Counted from the stretch's first letter, positions 28,753-40,260 are shown. The stretch: 64,000 nucleotides of DNA from Chitinophaga pinensis (GCA_943368105.1 CALRKO020000010.1:11259-75258), one strand, 5' to 3'. The notes: a model not told the origin generated them from the sequence alone. Program-made: numbers and translations.

Positions 28753-29529
28753 TCAGGGCCACTGCGCCAGGGGGGCGGCGAACTGCCGGGGCTCCAGCAG
28801 CTGAATGCCCGCCGGCAGGTCGTCGCGGTCGCCGGGCCCCAGGTAGCCCCACGACACCAGAAAGCAGCGCACCCCGGCCAGGTCATCGCTGGCCCGCACC
28901 CGCTCCAGGGTGGGGCGGCGGTCCTCCACGAACCACAGCGGCCGCAGCGGCTCGCCCGGCTGCGCGGATGGCTGCTCCCGGCCCAGCCGCCGCAGCAGCT
29001 CCGGCTTGCTGCCCCGCTCATGGCCGTAGACCGCCGCGGGCTGCAGTCCGGCCGCCTCCAGCAGCTCCCGGGCAAAGGCCTCGCCCTTGGTGGTCAGCAC
29101 CAGCCAGGGGCTGCCCTCGGCCTCCAGGCGCCGCAGGCGCTCCGGCACGCCCGGGTAGGGGCGGTGCAGGGCCAGCCAGCCGTCGCGGTCGTCCCGCAGG
29201 GCCGCGTGGCGCACGGCCTCCAGGCTGTGCTGGAGCTGGGCCGGCCGCAGCTGCCAGCGCCCCAGGGCCGCCTCGGTGTGGCCGTCGTAGTCCGCCAGGT
29301 AGGTGGCCAGATCGAGCCCGGGACGGCTCAGCTCCAGGGCACAGAGGGCCATCTCCCAGCCCTGGTGGATCAGGGGCCGCAGTCGGCGGAAGCCGGCGGG
29401 CGCCAGCTCGGGCAGCGGCAGCTCCGGGTGCAGGGCCAGGGCGGCCCGGCGGGCGCTCCACCAGTACTCGGCCATGCCGTCGACGAGCACGCCGTCGAGG
29501 TCGAACACCAGCAGGGGGCTGGGGGGCAC
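28753..29529 (-). CDS. HAD-family hydrolase
   Basis: LVFDLDGVLVDG, LVLTTKG, GSKPE, FVEDRRPTL, FLVSWGY; GTG 29529 (the track's longer start runs through tRNA-Gln). Confidence 0.85.
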   Translation of the reverse strand: MPPSPLLVFDLDGVLVDGMAEYWWSARRAALALHPELPLPELAPAGFRRLRPLIHQGWEMALCALELSRPGLDLATYLADYDGHTEAALGRWQLRPAQLQHSLEAVRHAALRDDRDGWLALHRPYPGVPERLRRLEAEGSPWLVLTTKGEAFARELLEAAGLQPAAVYGHERGSKPELLRRLGREQPSAQPGEPLRPLWFVEDRRPTLERVRASDDLAGVRCFLVSWGYLGPGDRDDLPAGIQLLEPRQFAAPLAQWP

Positions 29530-29546
29530 GCCGGGTCGGAGCTGAA

Positions 29547-29618
29547 CTGGGCCGCTAGGATTCGAACCTAGGAATGGCGGGACCAAAACCCGCTGCCTTA
29601 CCACTTGGCGACGGCCCA
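29547..29618 (-). tRNA. tRNA-Gln(TTG)
   Basis: TGGGCCGTCGCCAAGTGGTAAGGCAGCGGGTTTTGGTCCCGCCATTCCTAGGTTCGAATCCTAGCGGCCCAG. Confidence 0.97.
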
Positions 29619-29778
29619 AAGCGATCAAGGGTTTCCCGGAATCCAGGCCATCAACCGAGGTCGATCAGCTGGGTTCGAGCGGGGGCGGCGCTGGCGCCGC
29701 GGCCCTGAGCACCTAGCTAGTTACCCATAGCGGGGTGACCTTCGTCAATCTCGGCCGCCGCAGCCCTTGGCCCGGCCC

Positions 29779-31557
29779 TCAGGCCGGAAAGATCCGCAGC
29801 CGCTGCTGGCCGCCGCTGCCGAACACCGCCGAGCCCAGCCGGTAGCGGGCCGCCAGCTCCGCCTGCAGCCCCCGCACCCGGGCGCTGCGGGGCAGGAGCT
29901 CCACCGGCCGGCCCTGGGGCAGCACCAGCTGCTCCACCGCCAGCCGGCACTCCTCCAGGGCCGCCAGGGCGTCGTCCTGGTGGCCGGCGTTGGGGCTGGC
30001 CGCGGCGGCGGTCGCGTCGCCGTGGCGGTGCAGCAGCCGCTCCAGGCCCCGCTGGATCTGGGGCAGGGTGTCGGCCTTGATCACCAGGATCGGCACCCCG
30101 TGGGCCTGGGCCTGCTGGCGCACCTCCGGATCGCGGCCCAGCCGCTGGCGCACGCTCAGCACCGCATCGGCTTCGGCCACGGCGTCCACCTGCTGCACCG
30201 GCAGGCGGCGGCTGCGCACGGCCTGCTCCACCAGCTGGGGGCTGACGCCGGCGCCGTAGAGCCGCAGCGGCAGCGGGGGCCTGGGCGCGCCCGCCGCCCC
30301 CCCCTCCCCGGGGCCATCCGCCGGGGCGGCGGCGGGCGCCGGGGAAGGCAAGGGCTCCCGCCGGGGGGCCCGCGGATCCGGCAGCGGCACCGGCGCCAGC
30401 GCCACGGGCCTTGACCGGCCCACCGGCGGGCGCGGCTCCCCCGCCCCGCCCCGCGCCAGGGGCAGGGGCAGCGGCGCCTCCCTGACCTGCAGCTGGCCGT
30501 CGCCATCGAGTTCCCGCACCTGGGGCCGGGGCAGCTGGCCCCGCAGCAGCAGGTCCACCGTGCGGGCCACGTCGCGATGCACCAGCCAGCGGCTGCGGCT
30601 GTGCATCTCCACCGCCAGGGGGAAGGTGGGCTCGGCCGCCCGCTCCAGCACGGTCTTCTGGGTGCGGCGGCGGCGGGCCTCCTCATCGCCCAGGGTCACC
30701 GATTCGATGCCCCCCACCAGATCGCTGAGGGTGGGGTTCTTGACCAGGTTGGCGAGCTCGTTGCCGTGGGCCGTGGCCACCAGCATCACGCCCCGCTCGG
30801 CGATGGTGCGGGCCGCCTGGGCCTCCAGTTCGGTGCCGATCTCATCGATCACGATGACCTCCGGCATGTGGTTTTCCACCGCCTCGATCATCACCTGGTG
30901 CTGCAGCTCCGGCCGCGCCACCTGCATGCGCCGGGCGCGGCCGATCGCCGGGTGGGGAATGTCGCCGTCGCCGGCGATCTCGTTGCTGGTGTCGATCACC
31001 ACCACCCGCTTGCCCAGCTCATCGGCCAGCACCCGGGCGATCTCGCGCAGGGCGGTGGTCTTGCCCACGCCGGGGCGGCCCATCAGCAGCAGCGAGGCGC
31101 CGCTGTCCAGCAGGTCGCGCACCATCGCCACGGTGCCGAACACGGCCCGGCCCACCCGGCAGGTGAGCCCCACCACGTCGCCGCTGCGGTTGCGGATGGC
31201 GCTGATGCGGTGCAGGGTGCGCTCGATGCCGGCCCGGTTGTCGCCGCCGAAGGCCCCCAGCTGCTCCACCACCGCCGCCAGGTCGCCGCGGGTCACCACG
31301 GCCTCCCCCAGGGCCACGGCCCGGCCGGGGTAGCGGGCCTCGGGCACCCGGCCCAGGTCCAGCACCACCTCCAGCAGCTGCCCGCGGGCCTCGGCCGGCG
31401 CCAGGGCCCGCTGCACGGCGGCCGGCAGCACCTCCAGCAGCCGGTCCAGGTCGTCGGTGACCCGCTGGGGGGCGATCGGCCCGGCCGACACCGGCCCCGC
31501 CGGGGACGGGGGGGGCGGGGTGGGGGCTGCGCCGCTGGGCGCGGGGGAGGCCGTCAC
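29779..31557 (-). CDS. ycf45: Ycf45/SpoIIIAA-like AAA ATPase with R3H-like C-terminus
   Basis: [50 protein letters not shown]. Confidence 0.85.
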   Translation of the reverse strand: MTASPAPSGAAPTPPPPSPAGPVSAGPIAPQRVTDDLDRLLEVLPAAVQRALAPAEARGQLLEVVLDLGRVPEARYPGRAVALGEAVVTRGDLAAVVEQLGAFGGDNRAGIERTLHRISAIRNRSGDVVGLTCRVGRAVFGTVAMVRDLLDSGASLLLMGRPGVGKTTALREIARVLADELGKRVVVIDTSNEIAGDGDIPHPAIGRARRMQVARPELQHQVMIEAVENHMPEVIVIDEIGTELEAQAARTIAERGVMLVATAHGNELANLVKNPTLSDLVGGIESVTLGDEEARRRRTQKTVLERAAEPTFPLAVEMHSRSRWLVHRDVARTVDLLLRGQLPRPQVRELDGDGQLQVREAPLPLPLARGGAGEPRPPVGRSRPVALAPVPLPDPRAPRREPLPSPAPAAAPADGPGEGGAAGAPRPPLPLRLYGAGVSPQLVEQAVRSRRLPVQQVDAVAEADAVLSVRQRLGRDPEVRQQAQAHGVPILVIKADTLPQIQRGLERLLHRHGDATAAAASPNAGHQDDALAALEECRLAVEQLVLPQGRPVELLPRSARVRGLQAELAARYRLGSAVFGSGGQQRLRIFPA

Positions 31558-31584
31558 GGGCGGAAGCTCTGCCAGACCTGCGTT

Positions 31585-32694
31585 CTAGCCGGCGGCGCCG
31601 CGCCCGCGCTGCCGCCAGGGCTCCACCAGCCCCCGGGCCAGGGCCAGCGCCTGCCGCCGCAGTTCCGGCAGCTCCCGCAGTGGCCGGCCGGCGGCTTCGG
31701 CCTGCAGCAGCAGCGGCTGGAGCTGGCGCCGGGCCACCCCGCCGAAGGCCACCCCGGCGACCCGGTGGCCGGGGGACAGCAGTGCCAGGCTGCGGCCATT
31801 GGTGCCGCCGGCCAGCTGCAGGGGGCCCGGGGGCGCCCAGGCCTGCAGCTCCGCCAGCAGGGCCACCGCCGCCCGGGCGGTGCCGGCCCCCACATCGCCG
31901 CTCATCGGCCGGCCATCGAGCTGCCAGAGCGGCCGCTGCCCGGCGGCCCGCACCAGGGCGAAGCGCCGCCACAGCTCCGCGGCCAGCTGCCGGGGCGTGG
32001 GGGCCGCCCCGGCCGGGGTCGCCTCCGGCCCGGCGGCCCCCCGCTCCAGGCCGCAGCTCACCGCCAGGCGCCGCAGCGGCACGCCGCTGGCGCCCACCTG
32101 CTCCAGGCGCCGGGCGAAGGGCTCCAGGCGGCCGGGCCGGGTGTGCAGCTCCACGGCGTCGGGGCGCAGCTCCGCCAGCAGGGGGGCCACCGCCTCGGCC
32201 GCCAGGATCCGCTGCTCCTCCGCGATCAGGCCGTGGGGGCAGGCCGGCAGGCAGCGGCCGCAGCCGTAGCAGCGCTCGGCCACCACACCACCGCTGCCGC
32301 CGATGGCCAGGGCGGGGCAGACCCGCTGGCAGGGGCGCGGGCAGTCCGGCGGGCAGAGGGCGGGATCGAAGCGGGCCTTGCGGAAGTGGGGGTCCGCGCC
32401 GTCGCTGAGGCTCACCATCAGCCAGGGTCGGCTGGTCTCTGGCCAGGCCCCCGTCCCGGCCTGAGCCTCCGCCCAGGCCAGGCCGCGGCGGGCGGCGGCG
32501 ACCACGGCCGGCTCGGCCGCCACGTCGATGCAGTGCACTCCCGCCAGGGCGTAGATGGCGCAGAGGTCCTCGATGGCGGCCAGGTCCTGGTTGCCGGCGC
32601 CACAGATCAGCTTGACCCAGCGCCCCGCCGCCAGGGCCTGCTCGGGGGACTCCCGGGCGGTGTCCAGGGGCCGGGCGACCGGGGCGGCGCCCAA
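31585..32694 (-). CDS. ldpA: Fe-S circadian input protein LdpA
   Basis: WVKLICGAGNQD, CPPDCPRPCQRVCP, CYGCGRCLPACP, QLDGRPMSGD, LQLAGGTN; TTG 32694 just after the ndhN stop. Confidence 0.88.
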   Translation of the reverse strand: MGAAPVARPLDTARESPEQALAAGRWVKLICGAGNQDLAAIEDLCAIYALAGVHCIDVAAEPAVVAAARRGLAWAEAQAGTGAWPETSRPWLMVSLSDGADPHFRKARFDPALCPPDCPRPCQRVCPALAIGGSGGVVAERCYGCGRCLPACPHGLIAEEQRILAAEAVAPLLAELRPDAVELHTRPGRLEPFARRLEQVGASGVPLRRLAVSCGLERGAAGPEATPAGAAPTPRQLAAELWRRFALVRAAGQRPLWQLDGRPMSGDVGAGTARAAVALLAELQAWAPPGPLQLAGGTNGRSLALLSPGHRVAGVAFGGVARRQLQPLLLQAEAAGRPLRELPELRRQALALARGLVEPWRQRGRGAAG

Positions 32695-32698
32695 GGCC

Positions 32699-33157
32699 TC
32701 AGCCCACCAGCTCCTGCAGGGGCCGCCAGCGCAGGGCCCTGGCACCACCCATCTCCACCACGATCTTCAGCCGGGGCTCGCGCCGCGTCAGCGCCACCAG
32801 GGCGGCCAGCTCGGCACTGGAGAGCACCTGCCCCTCCAGCAGCCACAGCAGGATCGGCGCGTCGCCCTCCAGCAGGGCCCCCAGCTGGGGCGCCGCCATC
32901 TGCACCTCCCCCACGGCCGCGCCGCGGCCCACGCTCTGGTGGCCGAGGTGGGGCGGCCGCACGCCGTGCAGCTGCAGCAGGAAGGCCTCGGGGTCGCCCA
33001 GGCCCCGGGCCGAGGTCATCTGGGCCCGGTACCCCGCCGCCCGCAGCCGTCGCAGCAGGCGGGTCTCGCTGCCGCCCTCCAGGGGGGCGTAGAGGGCCAG
33101 GGCTCCGGCCTGCTCCAGTTCCTGGCGGAATCCGCGACCGGTGAGCAGCAGGGGCAT
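32699..33157 (-). CDS. ndhN: NAD(P)H-quinone oxidoreductase subunit N
   Basis: MPLLLTG...[23 protein letters not shown]...[10 protein letters not shown]...WLLEGQVLS...[10 protein letters not shown]. Confidence 0.93.
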   Translation of the reverse strand: MPLLLTGRGFRQELEQAGALALYAPLEGGSETRLLRRLRAAGYRAQMTSARGLGDPEAFLLQLHGVRPPHLGHQSVGRGAAVGEVQMAAPQLGALLEGDAPILLWLLEGQVLSSAELAALVALTRREPRLKIVVEMGGARALRWRPLQELVG

Positions 33158-33242
33158 GCGGGCAGCAGAGCGCTGGCGCCAGTCTGGCAGCTGCGGCGCG
33201 GCCTTTGGTTGGGGCCTGGGGTCAGGGGGTGGGGCGATGCGG

Positions 33243-33613
33243 TACCATCGTCGCTTGTGCAACTGCAACTGTGCCCGTCCGCTAGCCGGGCCTCCAGCGC
33301 ACTGCACCAGGTCGCCAGTGGTGGCGACCTTCCCCGGCCAGTGCGGTCTCCGCGTCATCCCCTCGGGGGCGACCAGGAGTCACCGCCGGGAAACTGCTCC
33401 GCGCGCCGCCGTCCCCCGGGACAGGTCCGGTCCGGTGAAGCAAGTCCCAGCCCGCTGTTTCCGATGCCGCTAGCTCCCCCGGCCTCTGCCGCCGCGCTCG
33501 CCTGAGCGCCACGCCGCCGCCGGGTCCAGCCCGTGAGCGCCGACTCAGCCCACGCCACGGCGCCCTGCCCTGCAGCGCGCCGTGGTGGTTCCGCTGGCGT
33601 TGTTCCCCTTCCT
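33243..33613 (+). promoter_or_regulatory. Putative -10 (TACCAT) and long structured 5' leader of the rplC operon
   Basis: TACCAT at 33243; perfect 9-bp hairpins at 33309-33330 and 33555-33585. Confidence 0.5.
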
Positions 33614-34261
33614 ATGTCCATCGGCATTCTTGGGAAGAAACTGGGCATGTCCCAGTTCTTCGACGACGAAGGCAGATCCATCCCGGTCACCGTGATCGAG
33701 GCGGGTCCCTGCCGCATCACCCAACTCAAAACCGACAGCACCGACGGCTACACCGCCGTTCAGCTGGGCTTCGGTGACATCCGCGAGAAGCTCGTCAACA
33801 GGCCGGCCAAGGGTCACCTGGCCAAGTCCGGCAGCGAGCCCCTGCGTCACCTGAAGGAGTACCGCGTCGCCAGCGTCGACGGTCTGGAGCTCGGTGGCGA
33901 TGTCACCGTGGCCGCCTTCGAGGCAGGCCAGAAGGTCGATGTGAGCGGCGACACCATCGGCCGCGGCTTCGCTGGTCTGCAGAAGCGCCATGGCTTCAGC
34001 CGCGGTCCGATGACCCACGGTTCGAAGAACCACCGTGAGCCCGGTTCGATCGGCGCCGGCACCACCCCCGGCCGCGTCTACCCCGGCAAGCGCATGGCGG
34101 GCCGCTACGGCGGCAAGCAGATCACCACCCGCGGGCTGGTGATCCTGAAGGTGGACACCGAGCGCAATCTGCTCGTGGTGAAGGGCTCGGTCCCCGGCAA
34201 GCCGGGCACCCTGCTGAACATCCTCCCCGCCAAGCGGGTGGGCGCCAAGGTCGCGAACTGA
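33614..34261 (+). CDS. rplC: 50S ribosomal protein L3
   Basis: [34 protein letters not shown]. Confidence 0.98.
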   Translation: MSIGILGKKLGMSQFFDDEGRSIPVTVIEAGPCRITQLKTDSTDGYTAVQLGFGDIREKLVNRPAKGHLAKSGSEPLRHLKEYRVASVDGLELGGDVTVAAFEAGQKVDVSGDTIGRGFAGLQKRHGFSRGPMTHGSKNHREPGSIGAGTTPGRVYPGKRMAGRYGGKQITTRGLVILKVDTERNLLVVKGSVPGKPGTLLNILPAKRVGAKVAN

Positions 34262-34272
34262 GGAGGACAGAG

Positions 34273-34908
34273 ATGACAACCATCGTCGTTCGCGACTGGC
34301 AGGGTCAGGAGGCGGGTTCCGCCAGCCTCGACCTGAAGGTCGCCAAGGAAAGCACCGCCAAGGACCTGGTGCACCGCGCCGTGGTGCGGCAGTTGGCCCA
34401 CGCCCGCCAGGGCACCGCCAGCACCCTCACCCGCGCCGAGGTGGCCGGTGGCGGCCGCAAGCCCTACAAGCAGAAGGGCACCGGCCGCGCCCGCCAGGGG
34501 TCGATCCGCACCCCGCTGCGCCCCGGTGGCGGCGTGGTGTTCGGGCCCAAGCCCCGCACCTACAACCTGGGGATGAACCGCAAGGAGCGGCGCCTCGCCC
34601 TGCGCACCGCCCTGGTGAGCCGCGCCGCGGACATCACCGTGGTCAAGGGCTTCGCCGCGGGCCTGGACACCCCCAGGACCAAGGAGATCACCGCCGCCCT
34701 GGACCGTCTCGGCATCGCCGCCGGCTCCAAGGTGCTGGTGGTGCTGGATGCCCCCAGCGAGGTGGTGCGCCGCTCGGTGCGCAACCTCGAAAAGGTGAAG
34801 CTGATCGCCGCCGATCAGCTCAATGTGTTCGATCTGCTCCACGCCAACGCCCTGGTGGTGAGCGAGGAAGCACTCGCGAAGATTCAGGAGGTCTACGGCG
34901 ATGGCTGA
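34273..34908 (+). CDS. rplD: 50S ribosomal protein L4
   Basis: [34 protein letters not shown]. Confidence 0.98.
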   Translation: MTTIVVRDWQGQEAGSASLDLKVAKESTAKDLVHRAVVRQLAHARQGTASTLTRAEVAGGGRKPYKQKGTGRARQGSIRTPLRPGGGVVFGPKPRTYNLGMNRKERRLALRTALVSRAADITVVKGFAAGLDTPRTKEITAALDRLGIAAGSKVLVVLDAPSEVVRRSVRNLEKVKLIAADQLNVFDLLHANALVVSEEALAKIQEVYGDG

Positions 34909-35203
34909 ACGTTTTGCAGGTCGGCTCGCGGATGTGATCCGCCGGCCGCTGATCACCGAGAAGGCCACCCGGGCCCTGGAGCAGAACCAGTACACCTTTG
35001 AGGTGGACCACCGGGCCTCCAAGCCCGATATCAAGGCCGCCGTCGAACAGCTGTTCGATGTGAAGGTCGTCGGCATCAGCACCATGAACCCGCCGCGCCG
35101 CACCCGGCGCGTCGGCCGTTTCGCCGGCAAGCGTGCCCAGGTGAAGAAGGCGGTGGTGCGCCTGGCCGATGGCAGTGCCATCCAGCTGTTCCCTGAGTCC
35201 TGA
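34901..35203 (+). CDS. rplW: 50S ribosomal protein L23
   Basis: [27 protein letters not shown]. Confidence 0.97.
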   Translation: MAERFAGRLADVIRRPLITEKATRALEQNQYTFEVDHRASKPDIKAAVEQLFDVKVVGISTMNPPRRTRRVGRFAGKRAQVKKAVVRLADGSAIQLFPES

Positions 35204-35218
35204 GGGATCTGAACCGAC

Positions 35219-36082
35219 ATGGGAATCCGTAAGTACCGCCCGATCACGCCCGGCACCCGCACCCGGGTCGCCAGCGACTACGCCGAGGTCACCGGCCGGG
35301 GCCGCGAGCGCGGCCTGGTGGTGGCCAAGCACCAGCGCAAGGGCCGCAACAACCGTGGCGTGATCACCTGCCGCCACCGCGGCGGTGGCCACAAGCGCCT
35401 CTACCGCCTCGTCGACTTCCGTCGCGACAAGCACGGTGTGGTGGCCAAGGTGGCCGCCATCCACTACGACCCGCACCGCAACGCCCGCCTGGCGCTGCTC
35501 TTCTACGCCGACGGCGAGAAGCGCTACATCCTGGCGCCGGCCGGTGTGGCCGTGGGCTCCAGCGTGGTCTCGGGGCCCGAGGCCCCGATCGAGAACGGCA
35601 ACGCCCTGCCCCTCTCCGCCATCCCCCTGGGCTCCAGCGTCCACAACGTGGAGCTCTACGCCGGCCGCGGCGGCCAGATGGTGCGCACCGCCGGCGCCAG
35701 TGCCCAGGTGATGGCCAAGGAAGGTGACTACGTCGCCCTGAAGCTGCCCTCCACCGAGGTGCGCCTGGTGCGCCGCGAGTGCTACGCCACCCTCGGCGAA
35801 GTGGGCAACGCCGAAGTGCGCAACACCAGCCTTGGTAAGGCCGGCCGTCGCCGCTGGCTCGGCCGCCGTCCCCAGGTGCGTGGTTCGGTGATGAACCCCT
35901 GCGACCACCCCCACGGTGGTGGTGAGGGCCGCGCCCCGATCGGCCGCTCCGGCCCCGTCACCCCCTGGGGCAAGCCGGCCCTCGGCCTCAAGACCCGCAA
36001 GCGGAACAAACCCAGCAACCGGTTTGTGCTCCGGAAACGTCGCCGCACCTCCAAGCGGAGCCGTGGCGGACGCGATTCCTGA
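35219..36082 (+). CDS. rplB: 50S ribosomal protein L2
   Basis: [39 protein letters not shown]. Confidence 0.99.
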   Translation: MGIRKYRPITPGTRTRVASDYAEVTGRGRERGLVVAKHQRKGRNNRGVITCRHRGGGHKRLYRLVDFRRDKHGVVAKVAAIHYDPHRNARLALLFYADGEKRYILAPAGVAVGSSVVSGPEAPIENGNALPLSAIPLGSSVHNVELYAGRGGQMVRTAGASAQVMAKEGDYVALKLPSTEVRLVRRECYATLGEVGNAEVRNTSLGKAGRRRWLGRRPQVRGSVMNPCDHPHGGGEGRAPIGRSGPVTPWGKPALGLKTRKRNKPSNRFVLRKRRRTSKRSRGGRDS

Positions 36083-36117
36083 TGAACCACACCGCTTTGC
36101 TTTCCGCTTAAACCGCC

Positions 36118-36393
36118 ATGGGACGTTCACTCAAAAAAGGTCCGTTCGTTGCCGACAGCCTGCTCCGCAAGGTTGAGAAGCAGAACGCCGCCGACGACAA
36201 GTCCGTGATCAAGACCTGGTCGCGGGCATCCACCATCCTGCCGATGATGATCGGCCACACCATTGCCGTCCACAACGGCAAGGCCCATGTGCCCGTCTAT
36301 GTGACGGAGCAGATGGTGGGCCACAAGCTCGGGGAATTTGCACCCACCCGCAACTTCCGGGGCCACATCAAGGACAAGAAAGGAGGCCGCTGA
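36118..36393 (+). CDS. rpsS: 30S ribosomal protein S19
   Basis: [30 protein letters not shown]. Confidence 0.99.
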   Translation: MGRSLKKGPFVADSLLRKVEKQNAADDKSVIKTWSRASTILPMMIGHTIAVHNGKAHVPVYVTEQMVGHKLGEFAPTRNFRGHIKDKKGGR

Positions 36394-36397
36394 GGAC

Positions 36398-36751
36398 ATG
36401 GCTAACAGCTCCAACCAAACAGCCCAGGCCCATGGCCGCTACATCCGCGGCTCCGTGTCCAAGGTGCGCCGGGTGCTCGATCAGATCCGCGGTCGCTCCT
36501 ATCGCGATGCCCTGATCATGCTCGAGTTCATGCCCTACCGCTCCACCGGCCCGATCACCAAGGTGCTGCGCTCCGCGGTGGCCAACGCCGAGCACAACCT
36601 GGGTCTGGATCCCGCCAGTCTCGTGGTCTCCGCGGCCACGGCCGACATGGGTCCCGTGCTGAAGCGCTTCCGCCCCCGCGCCCAGGGTCGCGCCTACGCG
36701 ATTCAGAAAAAAACCTGCCACATCAGCATTGCTGTGGCTCCTTCCGCCTGA
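36398..36751 (+). CDS. rplV: 50S ribosomal protein L22
   Basis: [30 protein letters not shown]; ATG 36398. Confidence 0.98.
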   Translation: MANSSNQTAQAHGRYIRGSVSKVRRVLDQIRGRSYRDALIMLEFMPYRSTGPITKVLRSAVANAEHNLGLDPASLVVSAATADMGPVLKRFRPRAQGRAYAIQKKTCHISIAVAPSA

Positions 36752-36769
36752 TCCCGAGGACACCGAACG

Positions 36770-37498
36770 ATGGGACACAAGATCCATCCAACCGGCCTGC
36801 GCCTGGGGATCACCCAGGAGCACCGGTCCCGCTGGTACGCCCCCAGCAAGACCTACCCGACCCTCCTCCAGGAGGATGATCGGATCCGCAAGTTCATCCA
36901 CAAGAAGTACGGTGCCGCCGGCATCAGCGACGTGCTGATCGCCCGCAAGGCCGACCAGCTCGAGGTGGAGCTCAAGACCGCCCGTCCGGGCGTGCTCGTG
37001 GGCCGCCAGGGCAGCGGCATCGAGGAGCTGCGCGCCGGCATCCAGAAGACCGTCGGTGATGCCAGCCGCCAGGTGCGCATCAACGTGGTCGAGGTGGAGC
37101 GCGTCGACGCCGACGCCTACCTGCTCGCCGAGTACATCGGCCAGCAGCTGGAGAAGCGCGTGGCCTTCCGCCGCGTGCTGCGCATGACCGTCCAGCGCGC
37201 CCAGCGCGCCGGCGTCCTGGGCCTGAAGATCCAGGTGAGCGGCCGCCTCAACGGCGCCGAGATCGCCCGGACCGAGTGGACCCGCGAAGGCCGTGTGCCC
37301 CTGCACACCCTCCGCGCCGACATCGACTACGCCACTAAGGTCGCCTCCACCACCTACGGGGTGCTGGGGATCAAGGTGTGGGTGTTCAAGGGGGAAGTCC
37401 TTCCTGGTCAGCAGGACAAGGTCCCCGTCGGGGCGGCCCCCAAGCGCCGCACCAGCCGGCGGCCCCAACAGTTCGAAGACCGTTCGAACGAAGAGTGA
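36770..37498 (+). CDS. rpsC: 30S ribosomal protein S3
   Basis: [39 protein letters not shown]. Confidence 0.99.
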   Translation: MGHKIHPTGLRLGITQEHRSRWYAPSKTYPTLLQEDDRIRKFIHKKYGAAGISDVLIARKADQLEVELKTARPGVLVGRQGSGIEELRAGIQKTVGDASRQVRINVVEVERVDADAYLLAEYIGQQLEKRVAFRRVLRMTVQRAQRAGVLGLKIQVSGRLNGAEIARTEWTREGRVPLHTLRADIDYATKVASTTYGVLGIKVWVFKGEVLPGQQDKVPVGAAPKRRTSRRPQQFEDRSNEE

Positions 37499-37514
37499 TC
37501 CGGAGGCCTGAACC

Positions 37515-37973
37515 ATGCTGAGTCCCAGACGCGTCAAATTCCGCAAACAGCAGCGCGGCCGCATGCGCGGCATCGCCACCCGAGGCAACACCATTGCCTT
37601 CGGTGACTTCGCGCTCCAGGCCCAGGAGTGCGGGTGGATCACCTCCCGCCAGATTGAGGCCTGCCGTCGTGCCATGACCCGCCATGTCAAGCGGGGCGGC
37701 AAGATCTGGATCCGGATCTTCCCCGACAAGCCGGTCACCATGCGCCCCGCCGAAACCCGGATGGGTTCCGGTAAGGGCAACCCGGAGTTCTGGGTGGCGG
37801 TGATCAAGCCCGGTCGCATCCTCTTTGAGATGGGTGGTGCCGAAATCACCCCCGAGATCGCCAAGGAGGCCATGCGCCTGGCGCAGTACAAACTGCCCCT
37901 GAAGACCAAGTTTCTGAGCCTGGCCGACCAAGAGGCCGCCCAGGTCGCAGACCTCGCCACCGTGGAGTCCTGA
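37515..37973 (+). CDS. rplP: 50S ribosomal protein L16
   Basis: [32 protein letters not shown]. Confidence 0.99.
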   Translation: MLSPRRVKFRKQQRGRMRGIATRGNTIAFGDFALQAQECGWITSRQIEACRRAMTRHVKRGGKIWIRIFPDKPVTMRPAETRMGSGKGNPEFWVAVIKPGRILFEMGGAEITPEIAKEAMRLAQYKLPLKTKFLSLADQEAAQVADLATVES

Positions 37974-37975
37974 CC

Positions 37976-38185
37976 ATGGCACGTCCCGACATCGCCGAGC
38001 TGCGCAAGCTCACCGGTGAGGAGATCACCGCCCAGATCGACGGCACCCGCCGCGAGCTGTTCACCCTGCGTTTCGAGCAGGCCACCCGCCGCCTCGAGAC
38101 CCCGCACCGCTTCAAGGCCGCCCGCATCAAGCTGGCCCAGCTGCTGACGGTGCAATCGGAGCGCCAGCGCTCCGCCGCCTCCTGA
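37976..38185 (+). CDS. rpmC: 50S ribosomal protein L29
   Basis: [23 protein letters not shown]; position in the operon. Confidence 0.96.
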   Translation: MARPDIAELRKLTGEEITAQIDGTRRELFTLRFEQATRRLETPHRFKAARIKLAQLLTVQSERQRSAAS

Positions 38186-38202
38186 TTCCCCCCATACCAG
38201 CC

Positions 38203-38454
38203 ATGGCACTCAAGGAAAGGGTCGGCACCGTCGTCAGCGACAAGATGGACAAAACGGTGGTGGTGGCGGTGGAAAACCGCTTCCCCCACCCCATCTATCA
38301 GAAGACGGTGAGCCGCACCACCCGCTACAAGGCCCACGACGAAACCAACACCGTCAAGGTCGGTGACCGGGTTCGCATCACCGAAACCCGTCCCCTCAGC
38401 CGCACCAAGCGCTGGGCCGTGGCCGAGGTTCTCACTACCACCAGCGCCAGCTGA
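38203..38454 (+). CDS. rpsQ: 30S ribosomal protein S17
   Basis: [25 protein letters not shown]. Confidence 0.98.
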   Translation: MALKERVGTVVSDKMDKTVVVAVENRFPHPIYQKTVSRTTRYKAHDETNTVKVGDRVRITETRPLSRTKRWAVAEVLTTTSAS

Positions 38455-38466
38455 GGAAGACTCCCC

Positions 38467-38832
38467 ATGATTCAACAGGAAACTTTCCTCACCGTCGCTG
38501 ATAACAGCGGCGCCAAGCGCATCCAGTGCATCCGGGTGCTGGGCACCAACCGTCGCTATGCCCACGTGGGCGACGTGATCGTGGCTGCCGTCAAGGACGC
38601 GATGCCCAACATGGGCGTCAAGAAGTCGGACGTGGTCAAGGCCGTGGTGGTGCGCACCAAGGCCACCCTGCGCCGCGACACCGGCAACTCGATCCGGTTC
38701 GACGACAACGCCGCCGTGATCCTGGGCAACGACAACAACCCCAAGGGCACCCGCGTGTTCGGCCCCGTCGCCCGTGAACTGCGGGAGCGGAACTTCACCA
38801 AGATCGTGTCCCTCGCTCCGGAGGTGATCTGA
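38467..38832 (+). CDS. rplN: 50S ribosomal protein L14
   Basis: [37 protein letters not shown]. Confidence 0.99.
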   Translation: MIQQETFLTVADNSGAKRIQCIRVLGTNRRYAHVGDVIVAAVKDAMPNMGVKKSDVVKAVVVRTKATLRRDTGNSIRFDDNAAVILGNDNNPKGTRVFGPVARELRERNFTKIVSLAPEVI

Positions 38833-38833
38833 G

Positions 38834-39190
38834 ATGGCGACTGCAACCCCCAAGGCCAAGGCCAAGGTGCGCATCAAGCTGCGCATCAAGAAGGGCGATA
38901 CCGTTCAGGTGATCGCCGGCAAGGACAAGGGCAAGACCGGTGAGGTCCTGCGCACCCTGCCCTATGAGAACCGCGTGGTCGTGCAGGGCATCAACCTGCG
39001 CACCCGCCATGTCAAGCCCACCCAGGAGGGCGAATCCGGTCGCATCGTGACCGAGGAGGCCTCCGTGCACGCCTCCAATGTGCAGCTGTACTCCACCGAG
39101 AAGAAGGTGGCCAGCCGCGTGGAGATCGTCGTCGACCAGGACGGCACCAAGAAGCGCCGTCTCAAGAAGACCGGCGAGTTCCTGGACTGA
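38834..39190 (+). CDS. rplX: 50S ribosomal protein L24
   Basis: [26 protein letters not shown]. Confidence 0.98.
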   Translation: MATATPKAKAKVRIKLRIKKGDTVQVIAGKDKGKTGEVLRTLPYENRVVVQGINLRTRHVKPTQEGESGRIVTEEASVHASNVQLYSTEKKVASRVEIVVDQDGTKKRRLKKTGEFLD

Positions 39191-39299
39191 GGCGTCCCGC
39201 CCCGTTCCCTGACCGTTCTCCGCTACATCCCCCTCTCTTCCTTCCTGTCCCTGTCCGCCTTCTGACAACGCCCAGAAGCGCAACCCCCGTCCCCCCGTC

Positions 39300-39839
39300 A
39301 TGTCCCTCAAACAGAACTATCGGGAGAAGATCCAGCCCAAGTTGCTCAAGGATCTCAATCTCTCGAACATTCACGAAGTCCCCAAGGTGGTGAAAGTCAC
39401 CGTCAACCGGGGCCTCGGTGAAGCCGCCCAGAACGCCAAGGCCCTGGAGGCCTCGATCGCGGAGCTGGCCACCATCACCGGCCAGAAGGTCGTGGTGACC
39501 CGCGCCAAGAAGGCCATCGCCGGCTTCAAGATCCGCCAGGGCATGCCGATCGGTGTGGCCGTCACCCTCCGCGGTGATCGGATGTACGCCTTCCTCGAAC
39601 GCCTCATCCACCTCGCCCTGCCCCGCATCCGCGACTTCCGCGGCGTGAGTGCCAAGAGCTTCGACGGCCGGGGGAACTACACCCTTGGGATCCGGGAGCA
39701 GATCATCTTTCCCGAGATCTCCTTCGACAAGATCGACGCCATCCGGGGCATGGACATCACCATCGTGACCACCGCCCGTAACGACGAAGAGGGCCGCGCC
39801 CTCCTGCGCGAGATGGGAATGCCGTTCCAGAGCAACTGA
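39300..39839 (+). CDS. rplE: 50S ribosomal protein L5
   Basis: [36 protein letters not shown]. Confidence 0.99.
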   Translation: MSLKQNYREKIQPKLLKDLNLSNIHEVPKVVKVTVNRGLGEAAQNAKALEASIAELATITGQKVVVTRAKKAIAGFKIRQGMPIGVAVTLRGDRMYAFLERLIHLALPRIRDFRGVSAKSFDGRGNYTLGIREQIIFPEISFDKIDAIRGMDITIVTTARNDEEGRALLREMGMPFQSN

Positions 39840-39858
39840 GCCCTCTTCGGACCTGACC

Positions 39859-40260
39859 ATGGCCAATCACGACCCGATTTCCGACATGCTCACCCGCATC
39901 CGCAATGCGAGTGAGAAGCGTCACCAGACCACCAAGGTGCCCGCCTCCCGCATGGCCCGCAGCATCGCCAAGGTGCTGCAGCAGGAGGGCTTCATCGCCG
40001 ACATCACCGAGGAAGGTGAGGGCGTGCTCAAGCACCTCGTGCTCGAGCTGAAGTACAGCGGCAAGCACCGCCAGCCCACCATCCGCACCGTGCAGCGCGT
40101 CAGCAAGCCCGGCCTGCGGATCTACAAGAACACCCGCCAGCTGCCCAAGGTCTTGGGCGGCCTCGGCGTGGCCATCATCTCCACCTCCAAAGGTGTGATG
40201 AGCGACCGTGATGCCCGCAAGCAGGGCGTCGGCGGCGAAGTGCTCTGCTACGTCTTCTGA
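39859..40260 (+). CDS. rpsH: 30S ribosomal protein S8
   Basis: [37 protein letters not shown]. Confidence 0.99.
   Translation: MANHDPISDMLTRIRNASEKRHQTTKVPASRMARSIAKVLQQEGFIADITEEGEGVLKHLVLELKYSGKHRQPTIRTVQRVSKPGLRIYKNTRQLPKVLGGLGVAIISTSKGVMSDRDARKQGVGGEVLCYVF

Noticed and set aside
29530-29628. N-terminal extension of the HAD ORF in the track
   Set aside because: It runs through tRNA-Gln; GTG 29529 sits just before the DxD motif.
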